From positions 16,494-80,493 of the forward strand of contig JAQGMV010000106.1 in the NCBI GenBank assembly GCA_028292225.1: 64,000 nt of DNA. Direction: 5' to 3'. Shown piece after piece: positions 44,188 to 53,957 of the stretch. A model generated the notes under the pieces. That model saw nothing but the letters and a program-made list of their open reading frames with translations. It ran no database searches and had not been told where the DNA came from. The stretch's first letter is position 1; each line of letters begins with the position of its first letter. The translations under genes were made by a program, and so were the position numbers. This DNA is from Betaproteobacteria bacterium. GTDB lineage: Bacteria; Pseudomonadota; Gammaproteobacteria; Burkholderiales; SG8-41.

Positions 44188-45168
44188 TCAATCTATCTTC
44201 GCCCCCGACGCCTTCACCACCTTCGCATAACGATCGTATTCACGGCGGATCAACGCGCTGAATTCCTGTGCGCTCCCCGACCCGGGCTCGGCGCCCTGCG
44301 CTTCGAGCTGCGCGCGCAGCTCGGGCGTGGCGATCACTTTGGAGAACGCCGCCTGGACCCGTGCAAGTATCGGTTTCGGCATTTTCGCCGGGGCGAGCAT
44401 GCCGAACCACGTGATCGCTTCATAGCCCGGAACGCCCGCTTCGTTCACCGTCGGAACGTCAGGAAGCTGCGGCGAGCGCTTGGCTCCGCCCACGCCGAGC
44501 GCGCGGAAGCGGTCGGCTTTGATGTGCGCCAGCACCGGCGGAATCGAGTTGAACATCATGTTCATGTGACCGGCGAGCACGTCGGTCACCGCCTGCGGCG
44601 CGCCTTTGTACGGCACGTGCGTGATGTTCACACCCGCCATGCTCTTGAAAAGCTCCATCGCGAGGTGGTTTGCCGCGCCGTTCCCGGCCGAAGCGTAGTT
44701 GAGCTTGCCGGGCTGCGCTTTCGCGAGCGCGACCAGGTCTTTCAACGTCTTCGCGGGCACCGACGGATGCGTGATCAGCAGGAAAGGATTGCTCGCGATG
44801 ACCCCGATCGGGGCGAAATCGCGTAGCGGGTCGTACGCGATCTTTTTCTGCAGGTGAGGAATGATCGTGAGCGGGCCCGGGCTGCTGACCAGCAGGGTGT
44901 AGCCGTCGGGCGCCGCCTGCGCAGCGACTTCGGTGCCGATCAATCCGCCGGCGCCGCCGCGGTTGTCCATCACCAGCGGCTGGCCCAGCAGCTTCGACAT
45001 GCCGGCAGTGATCGCGCGCGCCATCACGTCGGGCGTGCCGCCTGCGGGCACGCCGACGATGACGCGTATCGGTCGATCGGGATAATTCTGTGCGCCGGCG
45101 CTGAACGACGCCAGCGCGCAGGCAACGGCAAAGACATAGCGGTTCGACATTCTTGTCGGGCTCCTCAT
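44188..45168 (-). CDS. Bug-family (TctC-like) periplasmic substrate-binding protein
   Basis: Signal peptide ([14 protein letters not shown]), then [47 protein letters not shown] and HVPYKGA. ATG 45150 is an alternative start. Confidence 0.9.
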   Translation of the reverse strand: MRSPTRMSNRYVFAVACALASFSAGAQNYPDRPIRVIVGVPAGGTPDVMARAITAGMSKLLGQPLVMDNRGGAGGLIGTEVAAQAAPDGYTLLVSSPGPLTIIPHLQKKIAYDPLRDFAPIGVIASNPFLLITHPSVPAKTLKDLVALAKAQPGKLNYASAGNGAANHLAMELFKSMAGVNITHVPYKGAPQAVTDVLAGHMNMMFNSIPPVLAHIKADRFRALGVGGAKRSPQLPDVPTVNEAGVPGYEAITWFGMLAPAKMPKPILARVQAAFSKVIATPELRAQLEAQGAEPGSGSAQEFSALIRREYDRYAKVVKASGAKID

Positions 45169-45202
45169 GAGACGCTGGATGATAGCTCAACAAAACTTGG
45201 AC

Positions 45203-45253
45203 GAAACCGGGGTCGGACCCGATCGAACTGACTGGGGTCTGACCCCGGTTTTC
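45203..45253. repeat. REP-like element, family A (two imperfect hairpins)
   Basis: AAACCGGGGTCGGACCCGATCG followed by CTGGGGTCTGACCCCGGTTTT. The core GGGGTCWGWCCCC matches the elements at 18910-18966 and 19005-19023. It lies in the divergent intergenic region between the Bug and SDR genes. Confidence 0.65.
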
Positions 45254-45301
45254 CGCCCAATATCGGCTATCCTTCGCCGTTTCATCATGAGGAACGACGC
45301 C

Positions 45302-46057
45302 ATGACAACGACGGGCACGCAGGAGCTCGCAGGAAAGGTCGCACTGATCACCGGTGCCGCAAAAAACATCGGACGCTCGATCGCGCTCGAGCTCGCGGCG
45401 GCGGGTGCAGCGGTCGCAGTGAACACGCGCGCATCGGTCGCCGACGCCGAGCGCGTGGTGCAGGACATCCGCGATGCCGGCGGGGACGCCGAGCTGTACG
45501 TCGCCGACATCGGCGACCCTGCTGCGGCCAAAGCGATGGTGGGCCAGTTGCTCGCGCGCTTCGGCCGCGTCGATTTCCTCGTGCTGAACGCTTCGGTACG
45601 CACCGAGAAAGCGTTCCTGGCGCTCACTTACGACGAATGGCGCACGCCTCTTGCGATCACGCTCGACGGCGCTTTCCATCTCGCGCAGGCGTGCATACCG
45701 TCGATGCTCGAAAACGGCGGCGGCAGCATCATCACCCTCGGCGGGATGCAGTCGCTCTCGGGCGCGAAGAAGCGCATCCACGGATCGGTCGCCAAGCACG
45801 GCCTCGTCGGTCTCACCCGCGGCCTCGCGCGCGAGTTCGCCGAGCAGGGCATACGGGCGAACTGCATCGCGCCGGGGCAGATGGATACCGCCCGTGCCGC
45901 CGGCCGCTCGGCGCGCCCCGGCGCAGAGCTCATCCCGATGATGCGCCGCGGCGCTCCGGAAGAGATCGCCACCACCGTGCGCTTTCTCTGCGGTCCGGCG
46001 TCAAGCTACATCACCGGGCAGACCCTGCACGTGAACGGCGGCCAGATGATGTTTTAA
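45302..46057 (+). CDS. short-chain dehydrogenase/reductase (FabG-like)
   Basis: [20 protein letters not shown] is the TGxxxxxG cofactor motif. NASV and GSIITLGG follow, then the active-site region ([18 protein letters not shown] present). The C-terminal [12 protein letters not shown] also fits. I chose ATG 45302 because GAGGAA lies 7 nt upstream. Confidence 0.85.
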   Translation: MTTTGTQELAGKVALITGAAKNIGRSIALELAAAGAAVAVNTRASVADAERVVQDIRDAGGDAELYVADIGDPAAAKAMVGQLLARFGRVDFLVLNASVRTEKAFLALTYDEWRTPLAITLDGAFHLAQACIPSMLENGGGSIITLGGMQSLSGAKKRIHGSVAKHGLVGLTRGLAREFAEQGIRANCIAPGQMDTARAAGRSARPGAELIPMMRRGAPEEIATTVRFLCGPASSYITGQTLHVNGGQMMF

Positions 46058-46062
46058 GGCCC

Positions 46063-46153
46063 ATGCGGAATGCGGAATGATGAATGCGGGATGTAAAACC
46101 CACCGTCCGCCCCACCGACCGGGGTTCATTCATCATTCCGCCTTATCATTCGC
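46063..46153. repeat. REP-like element, family B (GCGGAATGATGAATG inverted repeat)
   Basis: GCGGAATGATGAATG (46072-46086) pairs perfectly with CATTCATCATTCCGC (46127-46141). Extra half-copies (ATGCGGAATGCGG, TTATCATTCGCC) flank it. It lies between convergent stop codons. A second copy is at 61681-61766. Confidence 0.75.
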
Positions 46154-46155
46154 CC

Positions 46156-46998
46156 TCAAGCGCGCGGGTGGTTCCAGCCGAGCCAGTGGCAGAGTCCCTT
46201 GCCCATGACCCAGCTCCTGTCATCTTCGGACAGCCACGGCATCTCTTCGGTGACCATCGTCACCGCCTGACGGTACGTGCCCGGCTTGAGCTTGGTCAGG
46301 TCGGTGCCCCAGAACACCCGCTTCGGACCGAACGCGTCGACGACTTTCCTCAGAGGCGCGTGCACGCTCGCGTGGGGATAAGCGTCTGTCGCGTAATGCG
46401 AGAGCGAAGTCGCTTTGACGGCGATGTTGGGCACGGCTGCGAGCTTCACCAGCTCGTCGATGTGCGCAAACGCAGCGGCGTCCTTCTTCCCTTTGGGGAT
46501 GCTCAGGTGATCGAGCGTGAGCTTCAGCCCCGGGTGTTTCTCCGCGACCTCGCGGATTTTCGGCAGCAGCGGCGGCGGCACGAGCACCATCAGCGGCACG
46601 CTGTGCTTCTCCGCCTCGCTCCACAGCCAGTCGATGTGGCCTTCGGTCAGCAGCGGCTCCATCTGCGCGGTGTGAAACGTGAAGCGCAAACCGAGCATGC
46701 CGGGCTGCGAGCGCCACCGCGCGAGCGCGCCGCGCGACTTCCGGTCGGTCGGATCGAGCCGCCCCATGACCGCGAAACGCGTCGGGTGCTGGCGCGCGGC
46801 TTCGAGGCCGAGGTCGTTGCGGTCGCCTTCCCATCCAGGCGGCACGATGATCGCGGCGTCGACACCGGCGGTATTCATTTCCTTGAGCAGGTCCTCCATG
46901 CCGAAAGGCTCGGGCCGATGCGGCGCGTGCCGCGCAGGCCACGGACGCTCAGGCGTGTCGGCGCCCCAGATGTGCACTTGTGAATCGACGATCAGCAT
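46156..46998 (-). CDS. amidohydrolase-2 family metal-dependent hydrolase (lactonase/decarboxylase-like)
   Basis: The N-terminal MLIVDSQVHIW is the HxH-type metal motif of the amidohydrolase_2 family. A TIM-barrel-length protein (280 aa) with later His/Asp residues (LDHLSIP, FWGTDL). Confidence 0.75.
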   Translation of the reverse strand: MLIVDSQVHIWGADTPERPWPARHAPHRPEPFGMEDLLKEMNTAGVDAAIIVPPGWEGDRNDLGLEAARQHPTRFAVMGRLDPTDRKSRGALARWRSQPGMLGLRFTFHTAQMEPLLTEGHIDWLWSEAEKHSVPLMVLVPPPLLPKIREVAEKHPGLKLTLDHLSIPKGKKDAAAFAHIDELVKLAAVPNIAVKATSLSHYATDAYPHASVHAPLRKVVDAFGPKRVFWGTDLTKLKPGTYRQAVTMVTEEMPWLSEDDRSWVMGKGLCHWLGWNHPRA

Positions 46999-47057
46999 GG
47001 CGGCACCCGTTTATTAGTAAATAACCCGTTTTAAACCACGAATGTGGCTAATGCCTT

Positions 47058-48071
47058 TTACAAAGCCTTCAGAGATTCCACCACCTTGCGCTCGAGCACG
47101 ATCCCTTCCTTGCGCCGGCGCTCGCGCTCGCGGTACGCGCGCTCCGACGGAACCCGGATTTCGTCGACGCCGGGCTGGCGCGGGGTCGCCTTGATCTTCG
47201 TGACGAGCTCCGCCATCTGCCTTTGGAAATCCCCTCCGGGCAGCATCATGTTCGGATCGACGACCCAGAACAGGAAGCCATAGTCCTGCACTTCGCCCCG
47301 CGCGAGCGCCGCGCCTGCGAGAAGCCCGAGCGCCTGCACGGCGAACGCCAGACCGTAACCCTTGTACCCGCCGAACGTCGCCACACCGCCGCGCAGCGCC
47401 GCGTTCGCATCCGTCGTCGGCGTGCCGTTCTCGTCATAGCCGATACCTTCAGGTAGCGCCTGCCCGAGATGCGCGTGCAGCATGATGTCGCCCCACATGA
47501 GCGCCGCCGTGCCCATGTCGAAAATCACCGGCCCGTTGTCCGATGGAAAACCGAAACACAGCGGGTTGGTGCCGAGCGCGGGACGCGCAGCGCCGGGCGG
47601 CACCGCTCGGGGCTTGGCGCTCGCGATATGCATCGCGACGAAGCCTTCCTTCACGACCTTCTCGACGAAGTACGCGTTGCGCCCGCTGTAATAGCTGTTG
47701 TACGCGCCGACCGAAGCCATGCCGTGCTTGCGCGCTTTGTCGATCGCGACTTCGGCCGCGCGATACGCGACGATGTAGCCGACATTGTTGCCGCCGTCCA
47801 TCAGCGCGGAGAGCGGCGTCTCGTGCACCACCTTGACGGGCGTGCGAGCCTTGCCGGTTTTCTCGTCGCCCGCGATCGCGAGGATGCGCGGCAGTCCCGC
47901 AAACTTGTAGCCGCACAAGGCGTTGTCGACGAGCTGATCGACGATGATCCGCGCGTCCTCGCCGCTGTAGCCCACGCGCTGCAATGCCGCCTCGCCGAGC
48001 ACGGTCGCTTCGGCGACGCTCATGCGGATGGTGTCGGGGGTGTCGAGATCGATCTGTGCTTCCTGAGACAT
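47058..48071 (-). CDS. Ldh_2-family oxidoreductase (malate/L-lactate/sulfolactate dehydrogenase type 2)
   Basis: DNALCGYKFAGLPR, SALMDGGNNVGY, GTNPLCFGFP, FDMGTAA and GGYKGYGLAFAVQAL match Ldh_2-family blocks. I placed the start at ATG 48071 with GAGGAA upstream; the track ORF is over-extended to 48335. Confidence 0.8.
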   Translation of the reverse strand: MSQEAQIDLDTPDTIRMSVAEATVLGEAALQRVGYSGEDARIIVDQLVDNALCGYKFAGLPRILAIAGDEKTGKARTPVKVVHETPLSALMDGGNNVGYIVAYRAAEVAIDKARKHGMASVGAYNSYYSGRNAYFVEKVVKEGFVAMHIASAKPRAVPPGAARPALGTNPLCFGFPSDNGPVIFDMGTAALMWGDIMLHAHLGQALPEGIGYDENGTPTTDANAALRGGVATFGGYKGYGLAFAVQALGLLAGAALARGEVQDYGFLFWVVDPNMMLPGGDFQRQMAELVTKIKATPRQPGVDEIRVPSERAYRERERRRKEGIVLERKVVESLKAL

Positions 48072-48112
48072 ACGTTCCTCTGGTTGGTTATCGCGTAAGC
48101 GTGACGACGCCA

Positions 48113-49096
48113 TCAACTGCCCTTGATCCCCGCCTCCCTGATCACCCTTCCCCACTTCCTGCTCTCGGCTTTGACGAAGGCGTCGAATTCCTGCGGCGTG
48201 GTCGGCATCGGCTCCGCGCCCTGTGCGAGCAGGGCATCGCGGGCTTCGGGGACCTTGAGGCTCGCGACGACATCGCGGTTGATCTTGTCGACGATGGGTT
48301 TCGCGGTTCCGGCGGGCGCGAACAGGCCGAACCATACGCTCGACTCCATTCCCGGAAAGCCGGCTTCGGTGATGCTCGGAATGTCCGGCGCGGCGGGAAA
48401 GCGCTTGGGGCTCATGACCGCGAGCGCTTTGAGCTTGCCGGCTTTTACCTGGCCGCTCGCCGTCGTCGTCGACAGAAAGGCCGCGTGGGTCTCTCCGGTC
48501 AGGACCGCCGTCAGCGCGAAACCGGCGCCTTTGTAAGGGATGTGCACGAGCTTCGCCCCGGTCATCTGGTTGAAAAGCTCGCCCGAGAGCTGGCTGCTCG
48601 TCCCGCCTCCGGCGGAGGCGTAATTGAGCGCGCCCGGCCGCGCCTTGGCGTAAGCGACGAACTCTTTCATCGTGCCGACCGGTACCGATGCATTAACGGT
48701 GAGCGCGATGCCTGAATTGGTCAGCAGCGATATCGGCGCGAAGTCCTTGATCGGGTCGTAGCCGAGCGTCTTGAACAGGAACTGCGGGCTCGCGTGCGTG
48801 CCGATGTGGCCCACGGCGAGCGTGTAGCCGTCAGGCGCCGATTTGGCGACGATCTCGGTGCCGATGATGCCGCCGGCGCCGGGCCGGTTGTCGACCACGA
48901 CCGTTCGGCTCCAGCGCTCGGTGAGCTTCTGCGCGACGAACCGCGCCACGATGTCCGACGTGCTGCCTGGGGACCCGGTGATCAGCCGCACCGGCCGATT
49001 GGGATAAGCGTCTGCCGCGTCGGCTGCACCGGCCGGCGCCGCACTGTAGAAGACGCTAACGACCGCGACTGCTGAAACGATTGCCTTAAATTGCAT
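48113..49096 (-). CDS. Bug-family (TctC-like) periplasmic substrate-binding protein
   Basis: Signal peptide MQFKAIVSAVAVVSVFYSAAPAGA, then AYPNRPVRLITGSPGSTSD, NRPGAGG, GYTLAV, SAGGGTSSQLSGELF and HIPYKGA. Confidence 0.9.
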   Translation of the reverse strand: MQFKAIVSAVAVVSVFYSAAPAGAADAADAYPNRPVRLITGSPGSTSDIVARFVAQKLTERWSRTVVVDNRPGAGGIIGTEIVAKSAPDGYTLAVGHIGTHASPQFLFKTLGYDPIKDFAPISLLTNSGIALTVNASVPVGTMKEFVAYAKARPGALNYASAGGGTSSQLSGELFNQMTGAKLVHIPYKGAGFALTAVLTGETHAAFLSTTTASGQVKAGKLKALAVMSPKRFPAAPDIPSITEAGFPGMESSVWFGLFAPAGTAKPIVDKINRDVVASLKVPEARDALLAQGAEPMPTTPQEFDAFVKAESRKWGRVIREAGIKGS

Positions 49097-49219
49097 TTTT
49101 GAATCTCCTCGATCTCTTTTTAGGCAGGAATTTCGGCGATGAACAATGCTCAGGATTACGCCGCGGCTGCGCCAGGCGCTGGCGCCGAGCGCCGAGCGCC
49201 GCTAACGCAGCCGCCCCAA

Positions 49220-50200
49220 TCAGGGCTGCGCGATCGCATCGGTTATTTTCAAATGTTTGTCGAAAAACGCCATGAACGCGTCGAACGCCTGCCGCTGCAC
49301 GCGATCGGGCTCGAACGTCCCGTCGGCACGCCGATACAGGAAGGGATAGCCATGCTCCGGATGATCGAGGCTCAGCCACGTGCTGTCCTTGCCCGCCTCG
49401 ACCATCCACTCGTGCGCGAGCTCGAAGATACCCTGAAGGTGATCGGGGTCTCGCCCGATGTGCAGGATCGGGATCGCGATGCGTGCGATACGCGCCATCG
49501 CTTTGGCCTTGTCCGCGTTCGCGCGCGCCCGCTCCCTGTCCTGGTACTGCACCACGCCGGCGTCTCGCGGCGCGTTCGGCCCCATATCGACGCACAGGAA
49601 CTCGTGCGAAGCGCCTTCGATGACCACGCCGCACGCAAAGCCCGTCTCCGCGGCGACTTTCAGGATCATCTCGCCGCCGTGGCTGACGCCGACGCAGCCG
49701 ATCGCGTCCTCGTTCACGTATGGCAGCGCCTTCAGGTAATCCAGGATCGACATCATGTCGTCGGAATCGAGCGACGGGCACGACTTGAGCGTTCGGCCTT
49801 CTCCGCTCACGTCGTCGGCGATGTTGTGCGTACCTTCGACCGCGTTGTACAGGTGCGGAATCTCGTTCCGATAGCTCACGTACGCGACGGCGTAGCCGCG
49901 CGCGAGCATGAGGTCCTGCATCGCCGCGTGCCGCTCGACCTGCGCCTCGACGTGAGGCAGTCCGCCGCGGCCGTTGCCGCGCCCGATCGCAATGAGAGGA
50001 AAAGGACCCGCGCCCTTCGGCCGGCGAACGGCGATCGGCACATAGATCTCGTCGCGCGTGAGCACGAAAGTGTAATCGGCGGCGATGTCCGATCCGGGCA
50101 CCGGCTTCGTGATAACGAACCCGTGCGAGGCAATATTCTGTGCGACGGGCGCGTGCTTCGCCGTGGACGGTGCCGTCCGGTCCATAAAGCGCTCCTCCAT
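49220..50200 (-). CDS. alpha/beta hydrolase (dienelactone-hydrolase / S9-peptidase-like)
   Basis: Nucleophile elbow IGCVGVSHGGEM. It also has a DLH-like layout (PFPLIAIGRGNGRGG, YAVAYVSYR) and a C-terminal His in LDHPEHGY. I placed the start at ATG 50200; the track ORF is over-extended to 50986. Confidence 0.7.
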   Translation of the reverse strand: MEERFMDRTAPSTAKHAPVAQNIASHGFVITKPVPGSDIAADYTFVLTRDEIYVPIAVRRPKGAGPFPLIAIGRGNGRGGLPHVEAQVERHAAMQDLMLARGYAVAYVSYRNEIPHLYNAVEGTHNIADDVSGEGRTLKSCPSLDSDDMMSILDYLKALPYVNEDAIGCVGVSHGGEMILKVAAETGFACGVVIEGASHEFLCVDMGPNAPRDAGVVQYQDRERARANADKAKAMARIARIAIPILHIGRDPDHLQGIFELAHEWMVEAGKDSTWLSLDHPEHGYPFLYRRADGTFEPDRVQRQAFDAFMAFFDKHLKITDAIAQP

Positions 50201-50326
50201 TGGTTGCGCGTATTCTGAACGAAAACGGCCGCTGCCGCAGAGCGCTCGATGTGCCCCATAATGTGGAAAATAATCCGAAGCACTCACGCCGACGCGTGAA
50301 TAGGGGGCCCGGTCAAAACTTATAAC

Positions 50327-52489
50327 GTGTGCGCGATCGGCTGCGCCGCCGCGATGAGTGTCGCCTCGAGCGATGCAGCGTGCGCGCAGTCGACGCTTCC
50401 GGAAGTCGTCGTGAGAGACTCGCGCGACACGCCGCTTAACACCAATTCTCCCGCTGAAAGCGCGACGCGGCTGGGTCTGCCCGTGCGCGAGATACCCGCG
50501 ACGGTCGAAGTCATCGACGACAACACGATGAGAAGCCGCGGCTATCGAACCGTCTCCGAAGCGGTCCAGGGGGCGGTCGGCGTCACCGCCGGGGATTTCC
50601 CGGCGGAGCCTTCGGCGTTCTCGATGCGCGGATTCAGCTCGAGCCAGATCAACACCCTGTACAACGGCATACGCACCGGCCCGCAGAACATGACTTCGCG
50701 AGTCATGGATGTCGGCAATCTCGAGCGCATCGAGATCCTGAAAGGGCCGGCATCGCTCATGTCGGGCGAAGGCGCAGCCGGCGGTGCGATCAACTTCGTG
50801 ACGCGGCGCCCGCATCAGGGCCCGATCGAGAACGAGGTCTACGTCTCGTACGGCTCTTTCAACACCTGGCGCTCGGGTTTCGGCTCGGGCGGCAGCACCG
50901 CGGTCGAAGGCCTCGACTACCGGTTCGATCTCAACCGGGCGTCGAGCAGCGGCTTCATCGACGACACGCGTAGCGAAAGCTGGCATGCGTCGGGCCAGCT
51001 CGACTACCGTGTGTCGGGCGCGCTGAAGCTCTTCGGCGCAATGGAAGCGAAGAAGGATCGCGCGGGCGCGTACTGGGGCACTCCACTCGTTTCCGCCACG
51101 ACCGCTGCCCCGACGAGCGGCATCGTCTCGGGCACTTACGTGTCGAACTACAACGGGACCAATCTCGGCGCCGTCACCATCGACTCACGCACGCTCAGGG
51201 CGAACTACAACGTGGTCGACAACCGCAACCAGGCTGAAGAGTACTGGGTGCGAGGCGGTTTCGAATGGCTCGCGGGCGGCGCGGTGACGGTGCGCGACCA
51301 GGTCTATTACTACACCGCGAACCGCGAGTGGTTCAACAACGAGGTGGTCGCGTTCAATGCAACGAGCGGCCTCGTCGACCGCGAGCGCTTTTTCGTCGCG
51401 CACGGCCAGACACTGTTCGGGAACAACGCCGAGGTGCAGTGGGATTCGAAGCTCGGCACGCTGGACAACCGCGCCGTGTTTGCGCTCGAGCTCAGCCGCC
51501 TCGATTTCGACCGGCCGGGCGCAGCCAATTTCCCGTCCGACTCGGTGACGCTCGTCGATCCCGCGCGGGGCACTTACGGACCGCTCACGATCCAGCGGCA
51601 GACCGCGAAGATCGATACGGCCGCGCTCGCCGCTGAAGACCGCCTGAAGCTCACGCCGGCGCTGTCGGTCATCGGCGGCCTACGCGTGGAAGAGATCCAC
51701 CTCGAGCGCACATCGATGGACGCGACCGGCGCTGCCCGCACGGGCTTTCCGTTTTCCAAGACCTGGCATCCGACGACCGGACGCATCGGCTTCACGTGGG
51801 AGACCGCGCCCGGGCTGATGCTGTACGGCCAGTACGCGACGGCCGCCGACGTCGCGGCGAACAACCTGTTCCTGCTCAGCGGCACCCAGCCGCTCGATCT
51901 CACCCGAGCCCGCACCGTTGAGGCCGGTCTGCGGCATCTCTTCTGGAGTCGCTCGGCCGAGTGGTCGCTCGCGGTGTTCGACATCGAGCGGCGCAACGTC
52001 TTCGCGGCCCAGGGTGGGCGGGCGCTCAACCTCGCCGGACGACAGGTCTCGCGCGGAGTCGAAGCCGCGGCGGCGCTGCGGCGCTCGGGCTGGAACGTCT
52101 GGGGCAACGCCGCCTACACCCGTGCGCGCTACGAAGACTACGACTTCACCGGCGGGTCGTTCTCGGGCAACACACCTCCGAACGCGCCGCGTGTCGTCGC
52201 GAACACCGGCGCTTCGTACCGCTTCGCAGGCGCGCTGCCGGTGGAGATCGGCGCGTCGGTGCGGCACGTCGGCGATCGCTACAACACCGACGCCAACAGC
52301 ATGAAGCTCCTCGCCTATACGATCGGGGACGCGTACGCCGCAATCGACGTGCGTAAAACGCGTCTCACCCTGCGGGTGCGCAACCTGACCGACCGGACAT
52401 ACGCGGTGTGGGGCGACCCGTTCTATCCCGACCAGATCCTTCTCGGCACCCCGCGCAGCTACGAAGTCTCGGCGGCGCTGAAATTCTGA
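50327..52489 (+). CDS. TonB-dependent outer-membrane receptor (siderophore-type)
   Basis: TonB-box-like TLPEVVV. Plug motifs IPATVEVIDDNTMRSRG, VSEAVQGAVGV, RGFSSSQINTLYNG and NLERIEILKGPASLMSGEGAAGGAINFVT. A long beta-barrel ends in the terminal SYEVSAALKF. The only possible start is GTG 50327, which gives an atypical signal peptide. Confidence 0.88.
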   Translation: MCAIGCAAAMSVASSDAACAQSTLPEVVVRDSRDTPLNTNSPAESATRLGLPVREIPATVEVIDDNTMRSRGYRTVSEAVQGAVGVTAGDFPAEPSAFSMRGFSSSQINTLYNGIRTGPQNMTSRVMDVGNLERIEILKGPASLMSGEGAAGGAINFVTRRPHQGPIENEVYVSYGSFNTWRSGFGSGGSTAVEGLDYRFDLNRASSSGFIDDTRSESWHASGQLDYRVSGALKLFGAMEAKKDRAGAYWGTPLVSATTAAPTSGIVSGTYVSNYNGTNLGAVTIDSRTLRANYNVVDNRNQAEEYWVRGGFEWLAGGAVTVRDQVYYYTANREWFNNEVVAFNATSGLVDRERFFVAHGQTLFGNNAEVQWDSKLGTLDNRAVFALELSRLDFDRPGAANFPSDSVTLVDPARGTYGPLTIQRQTAKIDTAALAAEDRLKLTPALSVIGGLRVEEIHLERTSMDATGAARTGFPFSKTWHPTTGRIGFTWETAPGLMLYGQYATAADVAANNLFLLSGTQPLDLTRARTVEAGLRHLFWSRSAEWSLAVFDIERRNVFAAQGGRALNLAGRQVSRGVEAAAALRRSGWNVWGNAAYTRARYEDYDFTGGSFSGNTPPNAPRVVANTGASYRFAGALPVEIGASVRHVGDRYNTDANSMKLLAYTIGDAYAAIDVRKTRLTLRVRNLTDRTYAVWGDPFYPDQILLGTPRSYEVSAALKF

Positions 52490-52571
52490 CCGGCGGCGCA
52501 AAGGTGCAGCCATCTCCGCGCTGATATTCGTTCACCGGTGGCTCGGCGTCGCCTTCTGCCTGCTCTTCGCG

Positions 52572-53957
52572 ATGTGGTTCGCCACGGGAATCGTGATGCA
52601 CTTCGTGCCCTTCCCCACGCTGACGGAGACCGAGCGTGTGGAGGGCTTTGCGACGATCGATCGCAGCGCAGTTTCAAACGACGCAGCGGCGGCGGCCAGA
52701 GCCGCGAAGATCGACGACCCGGCGCGCATCCGCCTGATTTCGCGATCCGGCGGACCGGTCTACATCGTTCGAAGCGCAACCCGATTGGCTGCGATACACG
52801 CGACCGATCTCACATCCGCCGAAGTGGATACGCCCGCGCTCGCCCTCGAGATCGCCTCGAGTCACGCGCGCGCGCGTGAGCTTCAGGCCAACACCGCGCG
52901 TGTCGTTGCGTTCGAAGCGCACGACCAGTGGAGCGTCCCCAATAACCTCGACGCGCATCGGCCGCTGTATCGAATCGCGCTCGGCGATACCGAAGGCACC
53001 GAGCTTTACGTGTCTTCGGTCACCGGAGAAGTGGTCCGGGATACGACAGCGCGCGAGCGCGCCTGGAACTACGCCGGCAGCGTCACCCACTGGATCTACC
53101 CGACCGCGTTACGGCGAGACTGGCGTGCGTGGGATGCGACGGTGTGGACGCTTTCGCTCGCCGCACTCTTGACCGCGCTCGCCGGCGCCGTGCTCGGCGC
53201 GTTGCGTGTGAGCCCGAGCCGCGGACACCTCGCTTCGCCTTACCGCGGATGGCACGCATGGCACCACTGGCTCGGGCTGGCGTGCGCCGTGTTCGTGCTG
53301 ACGTGGATCACGAGCGGTTGGCTGTCGATGGACCATGGGCGAATTTTCTCCACCGGCAAGCTCGATGCAGCGGAATCATCGGCGCTGCGAGGCGGACGGA
53401 TCGCGTTCGATGCCGCCGCGACTGCGGGGCTGCCGGAGGGCGCGCGCGAAATCGAATGGTTCGTCCTCGGAGGCCGTGTGTACCGGCGCGACCGGTTCGA
53501 CGCGGCGGCGCAGCGCCTGATCGCGATCGGTGAGGCTTCGGGGCGCGAACGGGCGTATCTGCAGGCCCCTGAAATCACCGCCGCGGCGCAGCGGCTCTCG
53601 AGCGCGTGCGGGAAAGCGGATGCCGTGCAGCCGGGCGACGCCTACGCGATGCACTCGGTCCTGCCGGCAGCCCCGGTGTATCGGGTGATCTGCGGCGACA
53701 TCTGGATACACATCGATGGCGCCGACGGCGAGCCGCTGGAGAAGCTCGACGCGTCCAGACGCGCGTATCGCTGGTTCTACAGCGCGCTGCACACCCTGGA
53801 TTTTCCCGCGCTCGGTGCACGGCCGGTGCTGCGAACCGCCTTGATCGTCGTCCTGTGCGCGCTCGGTCTCGCGTTCAGCGTCACCGCAGTCGTGATCGGC
53901 TGGCGGAGAGTTACTTCTTCGTCGGGGCGCGCCGGCCCGCGACGTGGGCGGCGATGA
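52572..53957 (+). CDS. PepSY-associated TM-helix protein (PiuB-like partner of the TonB-dependent receptor)
   Basis: Repeated TM helices each follow HW/HRW motifs (VTHWIYPTALRRDW, WHAWHHWLGLACAVFVLTWITSGWL, YSALHTLDF). A further conserved-looking IFVHRWLGVAFCLLF lies in frame upstream of the first ATG, so the true start may be non-canonical or lost. Confidence 0.75.
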   Translation: MWFATGIVMHFVPFPTLTETERVEGFATIDRSAVSNDAAAAARAAKIDDPARIRLISRSGGPVYIVRSATRLAAIHATDLTSAEVDTPALALEIASSHARARELQANTARVVAFEAHDQWSVPNNLDAHRPLYRIALGDTEGTELYVSSVTGEVVRDTTARERAWNYAGSVTHWIYPTALRRDWRAWDATVWTLSLAALLTALAGAVLGALRVSPSRGHLASPYRGWHAWHHWLGLACAVFVLTWITSGWLSMDHGRIFSTGKLDAAESSALRGGRIAFDAAATAGLPEGAREIEWFVLGGRVYRRDRFDAAAQRLIAIGEASGRERAYLQAPEITAAAQRLSSACGKADAVQPGDAYAMHSVLPAAPVYRVICGDIWIHIDGADGEPLEKLDASRRAYRWFYSALHTLDFPALGARPVLRTALIVVLCALGLAFSVTAVVIGWRRVTSSSGRAGPRRGRR

